Shown piece after piece: positions 9,601 through 19,366 of a stretch of DNA of 64,000 nt (its first letter is position 1; each line of letters opens with the position of its first letter). The notes below the pieces were generated by a model that did not search any database, was not told the origin of the DNA, and saw nothing but the letters and a program-made list of their open reading frames with translations. Made by a program: the position numbers and the translations under genes. The stretch is from Variibacter sp. GTDB taxonomy: Bacteria > Pseudomonadota > Alphaproteobacteria > Rhizobiales > Xanthobacteraceae. The DNA lies in the NCBI GenBank assembly GCA_050187875.1, contig JBFWXB010000020.1, forward strand, positions 9,872 to 73,871. The letters run 5' to 3'.

Positions 9601-11111
9601 GCGGTCCCCTCCGCGAGATGGGACTCGACCGCCTCGTCCAGCTTTTGCTCCGCCGCTGCAACGCCGTCATGGCGGCGCCGCAAGGTTTCCCGGTCGTTCG
9701 CCAAGCGCGCCAGCGACGCCTCAAGCATCTGCGCGATGTCGTGCTGCGAAGGACCGCCGGTGTTGCGGCGGCTTTCGACCGCGCGCGCCGGATCGACGGC
9801 GTCGCGCACGACCGAGGCATCGAGGGTCACGGGCTTGCCGAGCACCTCCAGCCCTGCCCGCTCGACCAGCGCCGCATCGATCTGATCGGCGCTGCGTCCC
9901 TCCTCCATCGCCAGGCGCACGACGCGGCCGACGACATGATGCGCGTCGCGGAACGAAAGGCCGCCGACGCGCACCAGCGCATCGGCGAGGTCGGTGGCGG
10001 TCGAATAATTCTTCCGCGCGAGATCGAGCATACGCTCGCGTCGCGGCTGCGCCGTTTCGACGATGAGCGAGGCGACCGGCAGCGCCAGCGCCACCTCGTC
10101 GAGCGCATCCCAGACCCAGCGCAGCGCATCGGTCGAGCCGTCATGGGCGTGGCTGTAGGACGTCGCCTTGAATCCGGCGAGCGTCGTCATCAAGGCGCCG
10201 GCGAGCTGCGCCGGGCGGCCGCGCAGATTCTCGAGCGCCGACATATTCTTCTTCTGCGGCATGATGCTCGAGGTGATGGCGACGCGATCCGGCAGGTCGA
10301 GGGTCGCGACCTCGTAGGTCGTCATGATATAGAAGTCCTGTGCCATGCGGCCGATGGTCGTGGTCAGCAGCGTGCTCGCGGCGACGAGCTCGATCAGCGT
10401 GTCGCGTCCGGCGATGGCGTCGAGCGCATGCACCACGGGACCATCGAAGCCGAGCAGCGCGGCGACGTCGTCGCGGTCGATGGGGAACGTCGTGCCGGCC
10501 AAGGCGCCCGCGCCCATCGGGCAGCGGTTCAGGCGCTCCCAGCAACCAGCGATCCGCCCATAATCACGTTCCAGCCCGGCGGCAATTCCGAGCAGGTAGT
10601 AGCCGAAGGTGATCGGTTGCGCCGGCTGCATATGCGTGTAACCGGGCATGACGCAATCGGCGAAGCGCTCGGCGGCGGCGAGCAGCTTTTCGCGCAGCGC
10701 CGCGGTCTCTTCCATGATGGCGAGCGCGCAATTTCGCGAGCGCAACCGGTCGAACGTCGCCTTGAGGTCGTTGCGGCTGCGCGCGATATGCATCCGCCCC
10801 CCGACATCGGGCCCAAGCCGGCGAATCACCTCCGCCTCGAAATTGAAATAGGCCTCCTCCCGCAAGGCATCCAACGGGACGGACGCCGTACCTTCCTTCT
10901 CCATGTCGAGCGTGCAGTGCAGGAGGGCGCGCGCGACCGCGGCATCAATGAGCTTCTGACGCGCCAGCATGACGACATGCGCCTTGTTGATCGCGCAAAG
11001 GAGCGGGAAGACGGCGGGAAAGCTGCGCGTCATGGCCGGCGCCATGAAGCCTTGCGCGATTTCCGGCGCGAGGGACTCCTTCAGGAAGCCGCTGACTTTC
11101 GATTCCGACAT
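9597..11111 (-). CDS. Argininosuccinate-lyase-like enzyme (aspartase/fumarase superfamily paralog)
   Basis: 504 aa. Superfamily signature [10 protein letters not shown], plus SRNDL and [13 protein letters not shown] motifs. The N-terminus lacks the WGGRF motif of housekeeping ArgH, and there is a C-terminal extension of about 40 aa. Confidence 0.8.
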   Translation of the reverse strand: MSESKVSGFLKESLAPEIAQGFMAPAMTRSFPAVFPLLCAINKAHVVMLARQKLIDAAVARALLHCTLDMEKEGTASVPLDALREEAYFNFEAEVIRRLGPDVGGRMHIARSRNDLKATFDRLRSRNCALAIMEETAALREKLLAAAERFADCVMPGYTHMQPAQPITFGYYLLGIAAGLERDYGRIAGCWERLNRCPMGAGALAGTTFPIDRDDVAALLGFDGPVVHALDAIAGRDTLIELVAASTLLTTTIGRMAQDFYIMTTYEVATLDLPDRVAITSSIMPQKKNMSALENLRGRPAQLAGALMTTLAGFKATSYSHAHDGSTDALRWVWDALDEVALALPVASLIVETAQPRRERMLDLARKNYSTATDLADALVRVGGLSFRDAHHVVGRVVRLAMEEGRSADQIDAALVERAGLEVLGKPVTLDASVVRDAVDPARAVESRRNTGGPSQHDIAQMLEASLARLANDRETLRRRHDGVAAAEQKLDEAVESHLAEGTA

Positions 11112-11120
11112 GCGCGCTCC

Positions 11121-11837
11121 TTAGATGCTTTCCGCCGTCTGCTGCGCCAGGTGCTGCATCTTCAACCCGCTGCGCGACGTGCGCTCCGCGAGGTAGCGCT
11201 CCAGCTGGCGCGTCAGCCCGGCGAGCGAGAAGCAGATGACGAAGTAGACGATCAGCACGAAACCGTAGATCAGGAACGCCGGGCTAAACCCCGTCATCAA
11301 GGTCGTGCGCTCGACGACGATCTGCGCCGAGCGCAGGAACTCCAGTGTCCCAATGAGCGAAGCGAGCGAGGTTGCTTGCACGAGGACGCTGAACAAGCCG
11401 GTGAACGGCGGGATGATCGGCAGCAGGACCTGCGGCGCCAAGACGAAAACGAGGATTTCCCATCCGCGCAGGCCCAGCGCCAGGGCGCTTTCGCGCTGAT
11501 GCTTCGACACCGCGTTGAAGCCGCCGCGCACGATCTCCGCGCCGTTGGCGCCGCCCCATGAGGCGAGTCCGATCATCGCCGCCGCGAACGGGTCGAGCGG
11601 CACGCCGACCAGCGGCGCGCCGAAATAGACGAACAACAGGTTCACGATCAGCGGGATGGCACGGAAGAATTCGACGAACGCGCGCGCCGCCCAGCGAACG
11701 AGCGCAAAGCGCGAAATGCTCATGAGGCCGAAAATCACGGCCACGATCGTGGAGAGGAAAAGCGTGACAAGCGCGAGCTTGAAGGTGTTGCCGAGGCCCT
11801 GGAGAAAGAGCGGCATCGCTTCGATGAGGAGATGCAT
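11121..11837 (-). CDS. Amino acid ABC transporter permease (His/Glu/Gln/Arg/opine family)
   Basis: 238 aa, multi-TM. EAA-like loop QRESALALGLRGWEILVFVLAPQ. Confidence 0.9.
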   Translation of the reverse strand: MHLLIEAMPLFLQGLGNTFKLALVTLFLSTIVAVIFGLMSISRFALVRWAARAFVEFFRAIPLIVNLLFVYFGAPLVGVPLDPFAAAMIGLASWGGANGAEIVRGGFNAVSKHQRESALALGLRGWEILVFVLAPQVLLPIIPPFTGLFSVLVQATSLASLIGTLEFLRSAQIVVERTTLMTGFSPAFLIYGFVLIVYFVICFSLAGLTRQLERYLAERTSRSGLKMQHLAQQTAESI

Positions 11838-11849
11838 GCGGCGCGCCCC

Positions 11850-12521
11850 TCAGGTCGGTCGGAAAGGACGCGCGAGCACGTACTCGATGTACCGCACGAG
11901 GAACGACAGAACCAAGACGAGCGTCAGATACATGAGCCCGATGGCGGCGAACATTTCGAGCGTGCGCAGATCGGTGGCGACCCGGTCCATCGCGACAAAC
12001 GTCAGCTCGGCAAGGCCGATCGCCTGCAGGTACGCCGAATTCTTCAACACCGAGACCGACGTGTTGAGGATCGCCGGAATGCTGACCCGCAACCCGACGG
12101 GCAACGCGACCAGCGCGAGATAGTGCAGCGGGCGCAGCGCGAGCGCGCCCGCCGCGTCGCGCAAGCCCTTGGGCACGGCGAGGAAGCCGCCGCGCACATT
12201 TTCGACGTTATAAGCGCCGCCCCAGATCGAGAGCGCGAGCACGCCGGACCAGTAGTCCGAGAGCGGAAGGCCGATCGACGCGAGCCCGTAGAAGATGAAG
12301 AAGATCTGCACCAGGAGCGGGGTCGAGCGAATGAAGTGCGTGTAGCCCGCCACCACCGGCGCAAGAATCGGGACACGAAAGAGGCGGATCGCCGCGCCCG
12401 CGATCCCGATCGCGGTCGCGATGAGGATCGAAACGAGGCTCACCTTGATCGTCATCAAGAGCCCGACGAACAGGTCTGGCGCCGCGCTCGCGATATAGGG
12501 AAGACTGAAACTGTAGCCCAA
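11850..12521 (-). CDS. Amino acid ABC transporter permease (His/Glu/Gln/Arg/opine family)
   Basis: 223 aa, a paralog of the downstream permease. Loop PKGLRDAAGALALRPLHYLALVALP. Confidence 0.9.
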   Translation of the reverse strand: MGYSFSLPYIASAAPDLFVGLLMTIKVSLVSILIATAIGIAGAAIRLFRVPILAPVVAGYTHFIRSTPLLVQIFFIFYGLASIGLPLSDYWSGVLALSIWGGAYNVENVRGGFLAVPKGLRDAAGALALRPLHYLALVALPVGLRVSIPAILNTSVSVLKNSAYLQAIGLAELTFVAMDRVATDLRTLEMFAAIGLMYLTLVLVLSFLVRYIEYVLARPFRPT

Positions 12522-12621
12522 CGCGTCCGTTCCCGCTTCGGCGCGGCTGGCGCGCCCTCCCCCTCAATCACGATGATTTTGGATCGAGCCGATCCAAAAT
12601 CATGACCGCGATCGCTTTTGT

Positions 12622-13458
12622 CTATTTGGCTTCCGCCGGCGCTTTCGCGGGATCCCACATCTCCTCTTTCTCGCTGAGGAGCCCCGGGTCCTCGTATTGC
12701 TTGATCCATTTCGTGAACAGACCGTCGCCGCGCATCTTCTTAAAGGCTGCGTTGACGTAAGCGAGCCATTCCCCCTCGCCCTTCCGCACGGCGGCGCCGC
12801 GGTAGCCGATCTGATAACGCCCTTCCAGCATGCGCACGTTCGGGTTCTTCTTCGCGATGCCGATCTGCACCGCAAGGTCATGCGCGTAACCGTCCGCGCG
12901 CCCTTGCATGAGGGCCTGCAGCGCATCCGACACCGTATCGAGCTTCATATCGGCGGTGCCGGGCATGTGCTTCTCGAACCAGCCGATCTGCCAGGCCCCT
13001 TTGACGAAGATGACTTTCTTGCCCTTGATGTCCTGGATCGTCTTCAGAGGGCTGTCCTTGCGCACCAGGATCGAGGATGACGCCCAGGCGTAATAGTCGC
13101 TGAAGTCGACGACCTTGCGCCGTTCGTCGGTGACGCCGATGGTCGCGATCAGGAGATCGACCTTGCCGCCCTGAAGCGTCGGAGTCCGGTTCGCCGTCGT
13201 CACGCAGGTGAGCTCGGTCTTGCCGGCGCTGCCGAAAGCATAGACGCCCAGCTGCTTCGCCATTTCGACCTCGATACCGATCGGCTTGCCGCTCGCGTCG
13301 AGATAGCCGTCCGGCGGATAGTCGCACTTCACGCCGACGCGAATCGCGCCCTTCGCCTTGATGGACTCCGGCAACGGCGGCAATCCCTCCGCCGCTTGCG
13401 CCGTCAGCGAAGCCGCAAATGTCGCCGCAAGCACCCACAGGCCGATCGACCGTTTCAT
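12622..13458 (-). CDS. Polar amino acid/opine-type ABC substrate-binding protein (family 3)
   Basis: Signal peptide MKRSIGLWVLAATFAASLTAQA. IRVGVKCDYPPDGY pattern typical of family 3 binding proteins. Confidence 0.9.
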   Translation of the reverse strand: MKRSIGLWVLAATFAASLTAQAAEGLPPLPESIKAKGAIRVGVKCDYPPDGYLDASGKPIGIEVEMAKQLGVYAFGSAGKTELTCVTTANRTPTLQGGKVDLLIATIGVTDERRKVVDFSDYYAWASSSILVRKDSPLKTIQDIKGKKVIFVKGAWQIGWFEKHMPGTADMKLDTVSDALQALMQGRADGYAHDLAVQIGIAKKNPNVRMLEGRYQIGYRGAAVRKGEGEWLAYVNAAFKKMRGDGLFTKWIKQYEDPGLLSEKEEMWDPAKAPAEAK

Positions 13459-13487
13459 TCGTTATCCCTCCCGTTTTTCTGTCGTTA

Positions 13488-14792
13488 TCAAACGCGGAAC
13501 CGATCCCGCACACCGTAATAGAAGAGGACGATCGGCATGAACCAGGGCCAGCCGGTGTAGCCCGGCATCGTCTTGGCGACGCGATCGAACGGCGTCTCCG
13601 CCTCTTTGCGGCCGAGGATTTTCAAGCCCGTCTTGTGCCCGAGATAGGGCTGGATGGCGACGCCGCTGCCGCAGCAGCCGCCGATGTAGTGCACGCCGTC
13701 CTTCATCGCCATGTGCTGCAGCGAGTCGAAGGTGTAAGCGATCAGGCCCGCCCAAGCGTGAGAGAGACGCACCTTCGCAAGCTCGGGAAACACGTCGATC
13801 ATCTGCAGGCGCAGCGCCGCCGCCGATTTCAACCGATCCTCGGTTTCCGTCGCGCCGGCGCGGCCGCCGAAAAGGATGCGGGTGCCGTCCGGCGAGGTGC
13901 GGAAATAATTGTGCAGCATGCGCGTGTCGCCAAGCTGGCGGCGCTGCGGAATCAGGCGCTCGATCGTTTCCTCCGGCAAGGGCTCGGTGGCGATGATCTG
14001 GCTTTGAATCGGAATGACACGGCGCGCAAGCCAGGGCGAGAGCTGCTCCGTGTAGCCGTTGGTCGCGACCACGAGATGGCGCGCGCGGATCGCGCCGCGC
14101 GTCGTTCCGATCCTGAAATCCTCTCCGTCTTTCGCGTAGGACGTCACGGGCGTGTGCGCGATCACGCGCACGCCGGCGGCGAGCGCGCGGCGGAGCAGAC
14201 CTTGATGGAAGAGTCCGGGATGCAGGTTGGCGTCGCTTTTGATGAGCCGCCCGCCGCAGTAGGCATCCGAGCCGATCATGCGATGCACTTCGGAAGCCGG
14301 CACCATCTCCGCGTCGAAGCCGATGGCCTTGCGGCGGACCTCGAGATCGCGCGCCAAGGACTCGTAGTCCTGCGGCTTATGCGCGCCGATGAAGCGTCCG
14401 ACGCGCGCGTAGTGGCAGGCGATGCTGCCGCCCTCACCGACGAGGCTTTCCAGGTGCTCGCGTGCCTCGCGTACCGCGAGGTAATAGGCATCCGCACGTT
14501 TGCGGCCCCAATCCTGCGTCATGGTGCTGTAGGAGATCCGCAGCGTATCCCCGACGGCGCCGCCATTGCGCGTGCTCGCCCCCTCGCCCGGCGCCTTCGC
14601 CTCGATGACGACGGTGTCGAGCCCCGCCTCGGCGGTCGTGATCGCAGCCGACAAGCCGGAAAAGCCCGAGCCGACGATCACGACGTCGGCGCGACCCGGC
14701 GGGGTCTCGCCCGGGATATCCGCAAGCGGCGCCGCCTCCCACCAATAGGGCGTCACCTTCACGTCGTCGGAGAAATACTTGCGGACGTCCAC
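13488..14792 (-). CDS. FAD-dependent amine oxidoreductase (DAO family, PuuB-like)
   Basis: ORF 13488-15059 trimmed to GTG 14792 (GGGAG 6 nt upstream). DVVIVGSGFSGLSAAITTAEAG dinucleotide fold. About 434 aa. The start remains uncertain. Confidence 0.8.
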   Translation of the reverse strand: MDVRKYFSDDVKVTPYWWEAAPLADIPGETPPGRADVVIVGSGFSGLSAAITTAEAGLDTVVIEAKAPGEGASTRNGGAVGDTLRISYSTMTQDWGRKRADAYYLAVREAREHLESLVGEGGSIACHYARVGRFIGAHKPQDYESLARDLEVRRKAIGFDAEMVPASEVHRMIGSDAYCGGRLIKSDANLHPGLFHQGLLRRALAAGVRVIAHTPVTSYAKDGEDFRIGTTRGAIRARHLVVATNGYTEQLSPWLARRVIPIQSQIIATEPLPEETIERLIPQRRQLGDTRMLHNYFRTSPDGTRILFGGRAGATETEDRLKSAAALRLQMIDVFPELAKVRLSHAWAGLIAYTFDSLQHMAMKDGVHYIGGCCGSGVAIQPYLGHKTGLKILGRKEAETPFDRVAKTMPGYTGWPWFMPIVLFYYGVRDRFRV

Positions 14793-15057
14793 GTGCCACT
14801 CCCGCCACTTCGCGTTGCATTCGGCGCGGCCACAACGTGGCCGGACAGCCGACAATCGGCCGCTGCCTTGCGAACTCCTCGCCCGACAGGATGCGAACCT
14901 TACGTCGTGATCGGCATTCCACAAAATGTCGCGTGCGGAAATTTTTCTGCCCGCATGCTGCGCGCGCGAAGAAGGCAATTGTCTTGTTCGACGAAATCGA
15001 GGACGCTTGGCGTGACCAGAGGGCCGCGATGGGCGGCGCGATTGCAGGAGGGACATC

Positions 15058-16137
15058 ATGACTCACGGTTCGGCCCGCCATCCCACACGGCGCACCACGC
15101 TCGCCGGCATTGCCGGCGTGACGCTGGCGGCGCCTTATCTGTGGACGCGCCGCGCGGTCGCCGCGGAGCAGCTTGTGGTGCGCACACCCGGCGGCGTCTA
15201 CGACGAGGTCAAGCGCGCGGCGGTCTACGAGCCGTTCCAGAAGGCGACCGGCATCGAGATCGTGCCGGTGGCGGCGACCGTGTCGAAGCTCCTCGCCATG
15301 TTCAAATCCGGCAACATGGAAATCGACCTCATCGACACCGGCGACGACGTGCTCCTGCAGCTCGAGACCGCGGGCGCGCTGATGCCGCTCGACTACGGCG
15401 CCTTCAAGCTGACCAAGCCCGACGACATCGACTCGCATCTGCGCCGCAAGACGCAAGTCGCCTCCTTCCTCTACGCGATGGTGATGGGCTGCCACACCAG
15501 CGTCTATCCGAAGGGCAAGGAGCCGAAATCTTGGGCGGAGTTCTGGGACATCAAGGCCTTCCCGGGCCCGCGCACGATGCCGGACATGGCCTCTGGCGCG
15601 CCGGACCTCGAATTCGCGCTCATCGCTGACGGCGTGGCAATGGACAAGCTCTACCCGCTCGACATCGACCGCGCATTCAAGTCGCTTGCCAAGGTGCGGC
15701 CCGCAATCACGAAATTCTGGGACACCGGCGCGCTCTCGGCACAAATGCTGACCGACAAGGAAGTGGTGCTCGCGTCGCTCTGGAGCACGCGGCTCGGCGT
15801 CGCAATCGACAAGGGCGCGCCGTTGATCGCGCAGTGGAACCAGAACATGGTGCTCGCGCAGGCCTACGGAATTCCGGTCGGTTCGCGCAATGTCGAGGCC
15901 GCCAAGAAGTTCATCGACTTCAGCTTGAGCCCCGATATCCAGGGCGCTTGGATGAAGGCCTACAAGGCGGTGCCGGTGAACGAGAAGGCCTACGGCGTCA
16001 CCGCGCCGGCGCTCATCGACCCCGAGGCCAAGGTGCCGTGGACGAAGTCGAAGGGCTTCCTGCGCGACATCAATTGGTGGGCCGAGAACCGCACCAAGGT
16101 CAACGGCATCTGGTCCAACTGGATTCTCCAGAAGTAA
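15058..16137 (+). CDS. ABC transporter substrate-binding protein, PotD/PotF (polyamine-type) family
   Basis: Twin-arginine-like signal HPTRRTTLAGIAGVTLAAPYLW; 359 aa. First gene of a co-directional seven-gene string. Confidence 0.85.
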   Translation: MTHGSARHPTRRTTLAGIAGVTLAAPYLWTRRAVAAEQLVVRTPGGVYDEVKRAAVYEPFQKATGIEIVPVAATVSKLLAMFKSGNMEIDLIDTGDDVLLQLETAGALMPLDYGAFKLTKPDDIDSHLRRKTQVASFLYAMVMGCHTSVYPKGKEPKSWAEFWDIKAFPGPRTMPDMASGAPDLEFALIADGVAMDKLYPLDIDRAFKSLAKVRPAITKFWDTGALSAQMLTDKEVVLASLWSTRLGVAIDKGAPLIAQWNQNMVLAQAYGIPVGSRNVEAAKKFIDFSLSPDIQGAWMKAYKAVPVNEKAYGVTAPALIDPEAKVPWTKSKGFLRDINWWAENRTKVNGIWSNWILQK

Positions 16138-16183
16138 AGCTTCTGCCGACAAGAAACGCCCCGCGTAAACTCCAGGAGCGATA

Positions 16184-16564
16184 ATGTTCGAAGTGGTGAA
16201 GACCGGCCTGCTCCCGTCGTCCGCGCCCGTGAACGGCACGGTGCGGGCCGGCACGACGATCTACAGCGTGCAGGTGCCGCGCGACCAGAAGACGGGAAAG
16301 ACCGTGGAGGGCGACATCAAGGTACAGATGCGCCAGACCCTGTCGAACCTGAAACAGGCGATCGAAGGCGGCGGCGGCACGCTCGCCGACGTCACGCAGG
16401 TGATCATCTATCTCGTGCATCATTCCGATTTCGCCGGCATGAACGAGGTCTACAAGGAGTTCTTCAAGGAACCCTATCCGAGCCGCGCGACCATCGTCGC
16501 GCAACTCATCGACCCGGCCTGCCGCGTAGAAATCGTCGCCCACGCGCATATCGGCAAAGCATGA
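16184..16564 (+). CDS. RidA/YjgF family reactive-intermediate (imine) deaminase
   Basis: 126 aa. Family pattern, including EPYPSRATIVAQL, which carries the Arg used by bona fide RidA. Confidence 0.85.
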   Translation: MFEVVKTGLLPSSAPVNGTVRAGTTIYSVQVPRDQKTGKTVEGDIKVQMRQTLSNLKQAIEGGGGTLADVTQVIIYLVHHSDFAGMNEVYKEFFKEPYPSRATIVAQLIDPACRVEIVAHAHIGKA

Positions 16565-17715
16565 GCGCCGTTTCGTCCACCGCGCCGCCGCCGACACCGG
16601 CGGCGCCCGGCGTGCGGACAGCCGACGGGCATAAGGGCGTCATCGCGCTCGATCGCATCGTCAAGCGCTATGCCGACGAGCGGGTCGTCGACGACGTCAG
16701 CCTCGACATCCGCGGCGGCGAATTCTTCTCGCTGCTTGGCCCCTCGGGCTCCGGCAAGACCACCACGCTGATGATGATTGCGGGATTCGCGACAGTCGAC
16801 GAGGGCACGATCCGCGTCGACGGGGTCGACATCTCCAACATCCCGCCGCAGCGGCGCGGCTTCGGCATGGTGTTTCAGAACTACGCCATCTTCCCGCATC
16901 TCAACGTCTTCGAGAACGTCGCCTTCCCGCTACGGGCGCGGCGCGTCAGCGAGAGCGACATCAAGGAGCGGGTCGGCGCCGCGCTCAATCTGGTACGGCT
17001 CGAACGTTTCGGCGACCGCTACGCGCGGCAGCTCTCCGGCGGCCAGCAGCAGCGCGTCGCAATCGCGCGGGCGATCGTCTTCCATCCGAGCGTCGTGCTC
17101 ATGGACGAACCGCTCGGCGCGCTCGACAAGAACCTGCGCTACGACATGCAGGTCGAGATCAAGGAGATCCAGCAGCGCCTCGGCATGACCGTCGTCTATG
17201 TGACGCACGACCAGGAAGAGGCGATGAACATGTCCGACCGCATCGCGATCATGAATCGCGGACGCATCGAGCAGGTCGGCCCGCCGGCGGATATCTACGA
17301 GCGCCCGGCCAATGTCTTTTCCGGCCGCTTTCTCGGCGAAGCGAATCTCATCGAAGGCAAGGTGGAGCGCGTCGATGGCGGCATCGCCCAGTTGCACGGC
17401 CCCGGCGGCGCATCGCTGCGCGCGGCCGGCGCGGGCGATGTCGCGGCCGGCGTCTCCGCCTCGCTCTTCGTGCGGCCGGAGCGGGTCGCGATCGCGGCTG
17501 GCGCGCAGGGCGCAGGGGCGGGGTTAGGTAATCGCCTGCAGGGCACGGTGCGCCGCGTCTCGTTCCTCGGCAATGTCGTGCGCTACATGGTCGAGGTCGC
17601 GCCCGGCACGGCGCTGACCATCGACGTCCAGAACGTCGGCGGCGCCCGGCTCTCCGCAGGCGAGAGCGCCGTGGTCACCTGGGCGGTCGATGACAGCAGG
17701 TTGCTGACGAACTGA
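16561..17715 (+). CDS. ABC transporter ATP-binding protein (PotA type)
   Basis: Walker A GPSGSGKTT, signature [14 protein letters not shown], Walker B VLMDEPLGALD, and a C-terminal TOBE-like tail. The start overlaps the upstream stop. Confidence 0.95.
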   Translation: MSAVSSTAPPPTPAAPGVRTADGHKGVIALDRIVKRYADERVVDDVSLDIRGGEFFSLLGPSGSGKTTTLMMIAGFATVDEGTIRVDGVDISNIPPQRRGFGMVFQNYAIFPHLNVFENVAFPLRARRVSESDIKERVGAALNLVRLERFGDRYARQLSGGQQQRVAIARAIVFHPSVVLMDEPLGALDKNLRYDMQVEIKEIQQRLGMTVVYVTHDQEEAMNMSDRIAIMNRGRIEQVGPPADIYERPANVFSGRFLGEANLIEGKVERVDGGIAQLHGPGGASLRAAGAGDVAAGVSASLFVRPERVAIAAGAQGAGAGLGNRLQGTVRRVSFLGNVVRYMVEVAPGTALTIDVQNVGGARLSAGESAVVTWAVDDSRLLTN

Positions 17716-17717
17716 CC

Positions 17718-18560
17718 ATGCGCAAAGCCGGCCGCGACCCTTTGATCCTTCTGATCGCGCCGGCGGTGCTGTTGCTGATCACGCTCTTCGTCATCCCGAT
17801 CGTCTGGTTCTTCATCAAGATTCTCGGCGAAGAAGGAAGCCTGCCGGCGCTCCTCACCCAGGCGCAAACGGTGCTCACCTCGCACGCCGTCGTCACCGCG
17901 ATGATCACGACCAACTGGATCTCGCTCCTGGTGACAGCCTTCGCGCTCGTCGTCGGCTACCCGATCGCCTATTACCTCGCCAACAATACCGGCCTGCGCT
18001 TCGTCCTCGTCCTCTTCTGCATCATCGTCCCGTATTTCACGAGCATCATCGTGCGCACCTATTCGTGGATGGTGCTGCTCGGCCGCAACGGGCTGATCAA
18101 CCAGGGCCTGATGGGCGCGGGCCTCATCGATGCACCGCTTGCGCTCCTCTACAACAAGCTCGGCATCCTCATCGGCATGGCCTATGTGCTGCTGCCCTAT
18201 ATGATCCTCACCCTTTACGCGGCGATGAAGACGATCGACCCGAGCCTGATGCGGGCAGCGCGCGGGCTTGGCGCCAGCGCGCTCTATACGTTCCTGCGCG
18301 TCTATTTCCCGCTCAGCCTGCACGGCGTCATCTCGGGGTCGCTCATCGTCTTCATCCTCGCCATCGGCTTCTTCATCACGCCGGCGCTGATGGGCGGGCC
18401 GTCCGATGTCATGATCGCCATGCTGATCGAGCGCGCCGTCGAGATCACGCTCGACTGGCCGAGTGCGGCGCTGATGTCGCTCGTGCTGCTCGCGGTCACG
18501 CTCGTCCTCTACGCCATCTATTATCGCGTGACCGATATCCGCCGCATGATGGGGGCCTGA
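17718..18560 (+). CDS. ABC transporter permease (PotB type)
   Basis: 280 aa, multi-TM. Loop MRAARGLGASALYTFLRVYFPLS. Confidence 0.9.
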   Translation: MRKAGRDPLILLIAPAVLLLITLFVIPIVWFFIKILGEEGSLPALLTQAQTVLTSHAVVTAMITTNWISLLVTAFALVVGYPIAYYLANNTGLRFVLVLFCIIVPYFTSIIVRTYSWMVLLGRNGLINQGLMGAGLIDAPLALLYNKLGILIGMAYVLLPYMILTLYAAMKTIDPSLMRAARGLGASALYTFLRVYFPLSLHGVISGSLIVFILAIGFFITPALMGGPSDVMIAMLIERAVEITLDWPSAALMSLVLLAVTLVLYAIYYRVTDIRRMMGA

Positions 18561-18563
18561 GAC

Positions 18564-19355
18564 GTGACGGGCGAAAAGCGCGGTCTGGCGCTCAACGGCT
18601 ACATTCTCGTCATGTGCCTGTTCCTGATGGCGCCGATCGTCATCGTCTGTGTGCTCGCATTCAGCGGCCAGGGCTATCTGCATTTCCCGCCGCAATCCTA
18701 TTCGCTGCGCTGGTTCGCCGCCTTCTTCGGCGACGGCCGCTGGCGGCAAGCGTTGTGGTCGAGCACGCTGATCGCGCTGGTCGCCTGCACCATCTCGACG
18801 GTCTTCGGCTTTCTCGCCGCTTACGCGTTCGTGCGAACAGACATGCGGGCGAAGAAGCTCATCCTCTCCTTCATGCTGCTGCCGGTCATCGTACCTTCGG
18901 TGATCACGGCGATCGCCATGTACTTCCTGTCGGCGCGCTTCGGGCTGATCGGCAACATCCTCTGGATCGGCTTCTGCCATGCGGTCATGGCGCTGCCGCT
19001 CGTTCTGCTGATCCTCCTCTCCGCGCTGCAGGGCGTGGACGTCAACCTCGAGCGCGCAGCGTTGAGCCTCGGGGCGTCGCGCTTGCGTGTCTTCCTCAAG
19101 ATCGTCCTTCCGATCGCGGCGCCCGGCCTCATGTCGGCGGCGCTGTTCGCATTTCTTGCCTCGTTCGATGAATTGATCATCTCGCTGTTCCTGGCGGGCG
19201 TGCGCGCGCAGACGCTTCCCGTGCGCATCTGGAACAGCCTGCATCTCGAGATCGAGCCGGTGATTGCGGCGGTCAGCGCCTTCCTGATCGCGGTGACCGG
19301 CGCCGTGCTGCTGATCGACGCGATCGTGCGCAAGTTACGAGCCCCGGCGGGCTAA
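18564..19355 (+). CDS. ABC transporter permease (PotC type)
   Basis: 263 aa with a GTG start. Loop ERAALSLGASRLRVFLKIVLPIAAP. Confidence 0.9.
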   Translation: MTGEKRGLALNGYILVMCLFLMAPIVIVCVLAFSGQGYLHFPPQSYSLRWFAAFFGDGRWRQALWSSTLIALVACTISTVFGFLAAYAFVRTDMRAKKLILSFMLLPVIVPSVITAIAMYFLSARFGLIGNILWIGFCHAVMALPLVLLILLSALQGVDVNLERAALSLGASRLRVFLKIVLPIAAPGLMSAALFAFLASFDELIISLFLAGVRAQTLPVRIWNSLHLEIEPVIAAVSAFLIAVTGAVLLIDAIVRKLRAPAG

Positions 19356-19366
19356 GGAGAACAATC

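Noticed and set aside
9618-11561. 647-aa plus-strand ORF
   Set aside because: It is antisense to the argininosuccinate-lyase-like gene and a permease gene. It is low-complexity and Arg/Asp/Glu-rich, with no motifs.
13419-16254. Long overlapping ORFs 13419-15629 (+, 736 aa) and 14434-16254 (-, 606 aa)
   Set aside because: They are antisense or off-frame shadows of the FAD oxidoreductase and PotF-like SBP genes. Their composition is dominated by R, A, G, D, H and P with no family motifs, whereas the opposite frames carry clear Rossmann and SBP signatures.
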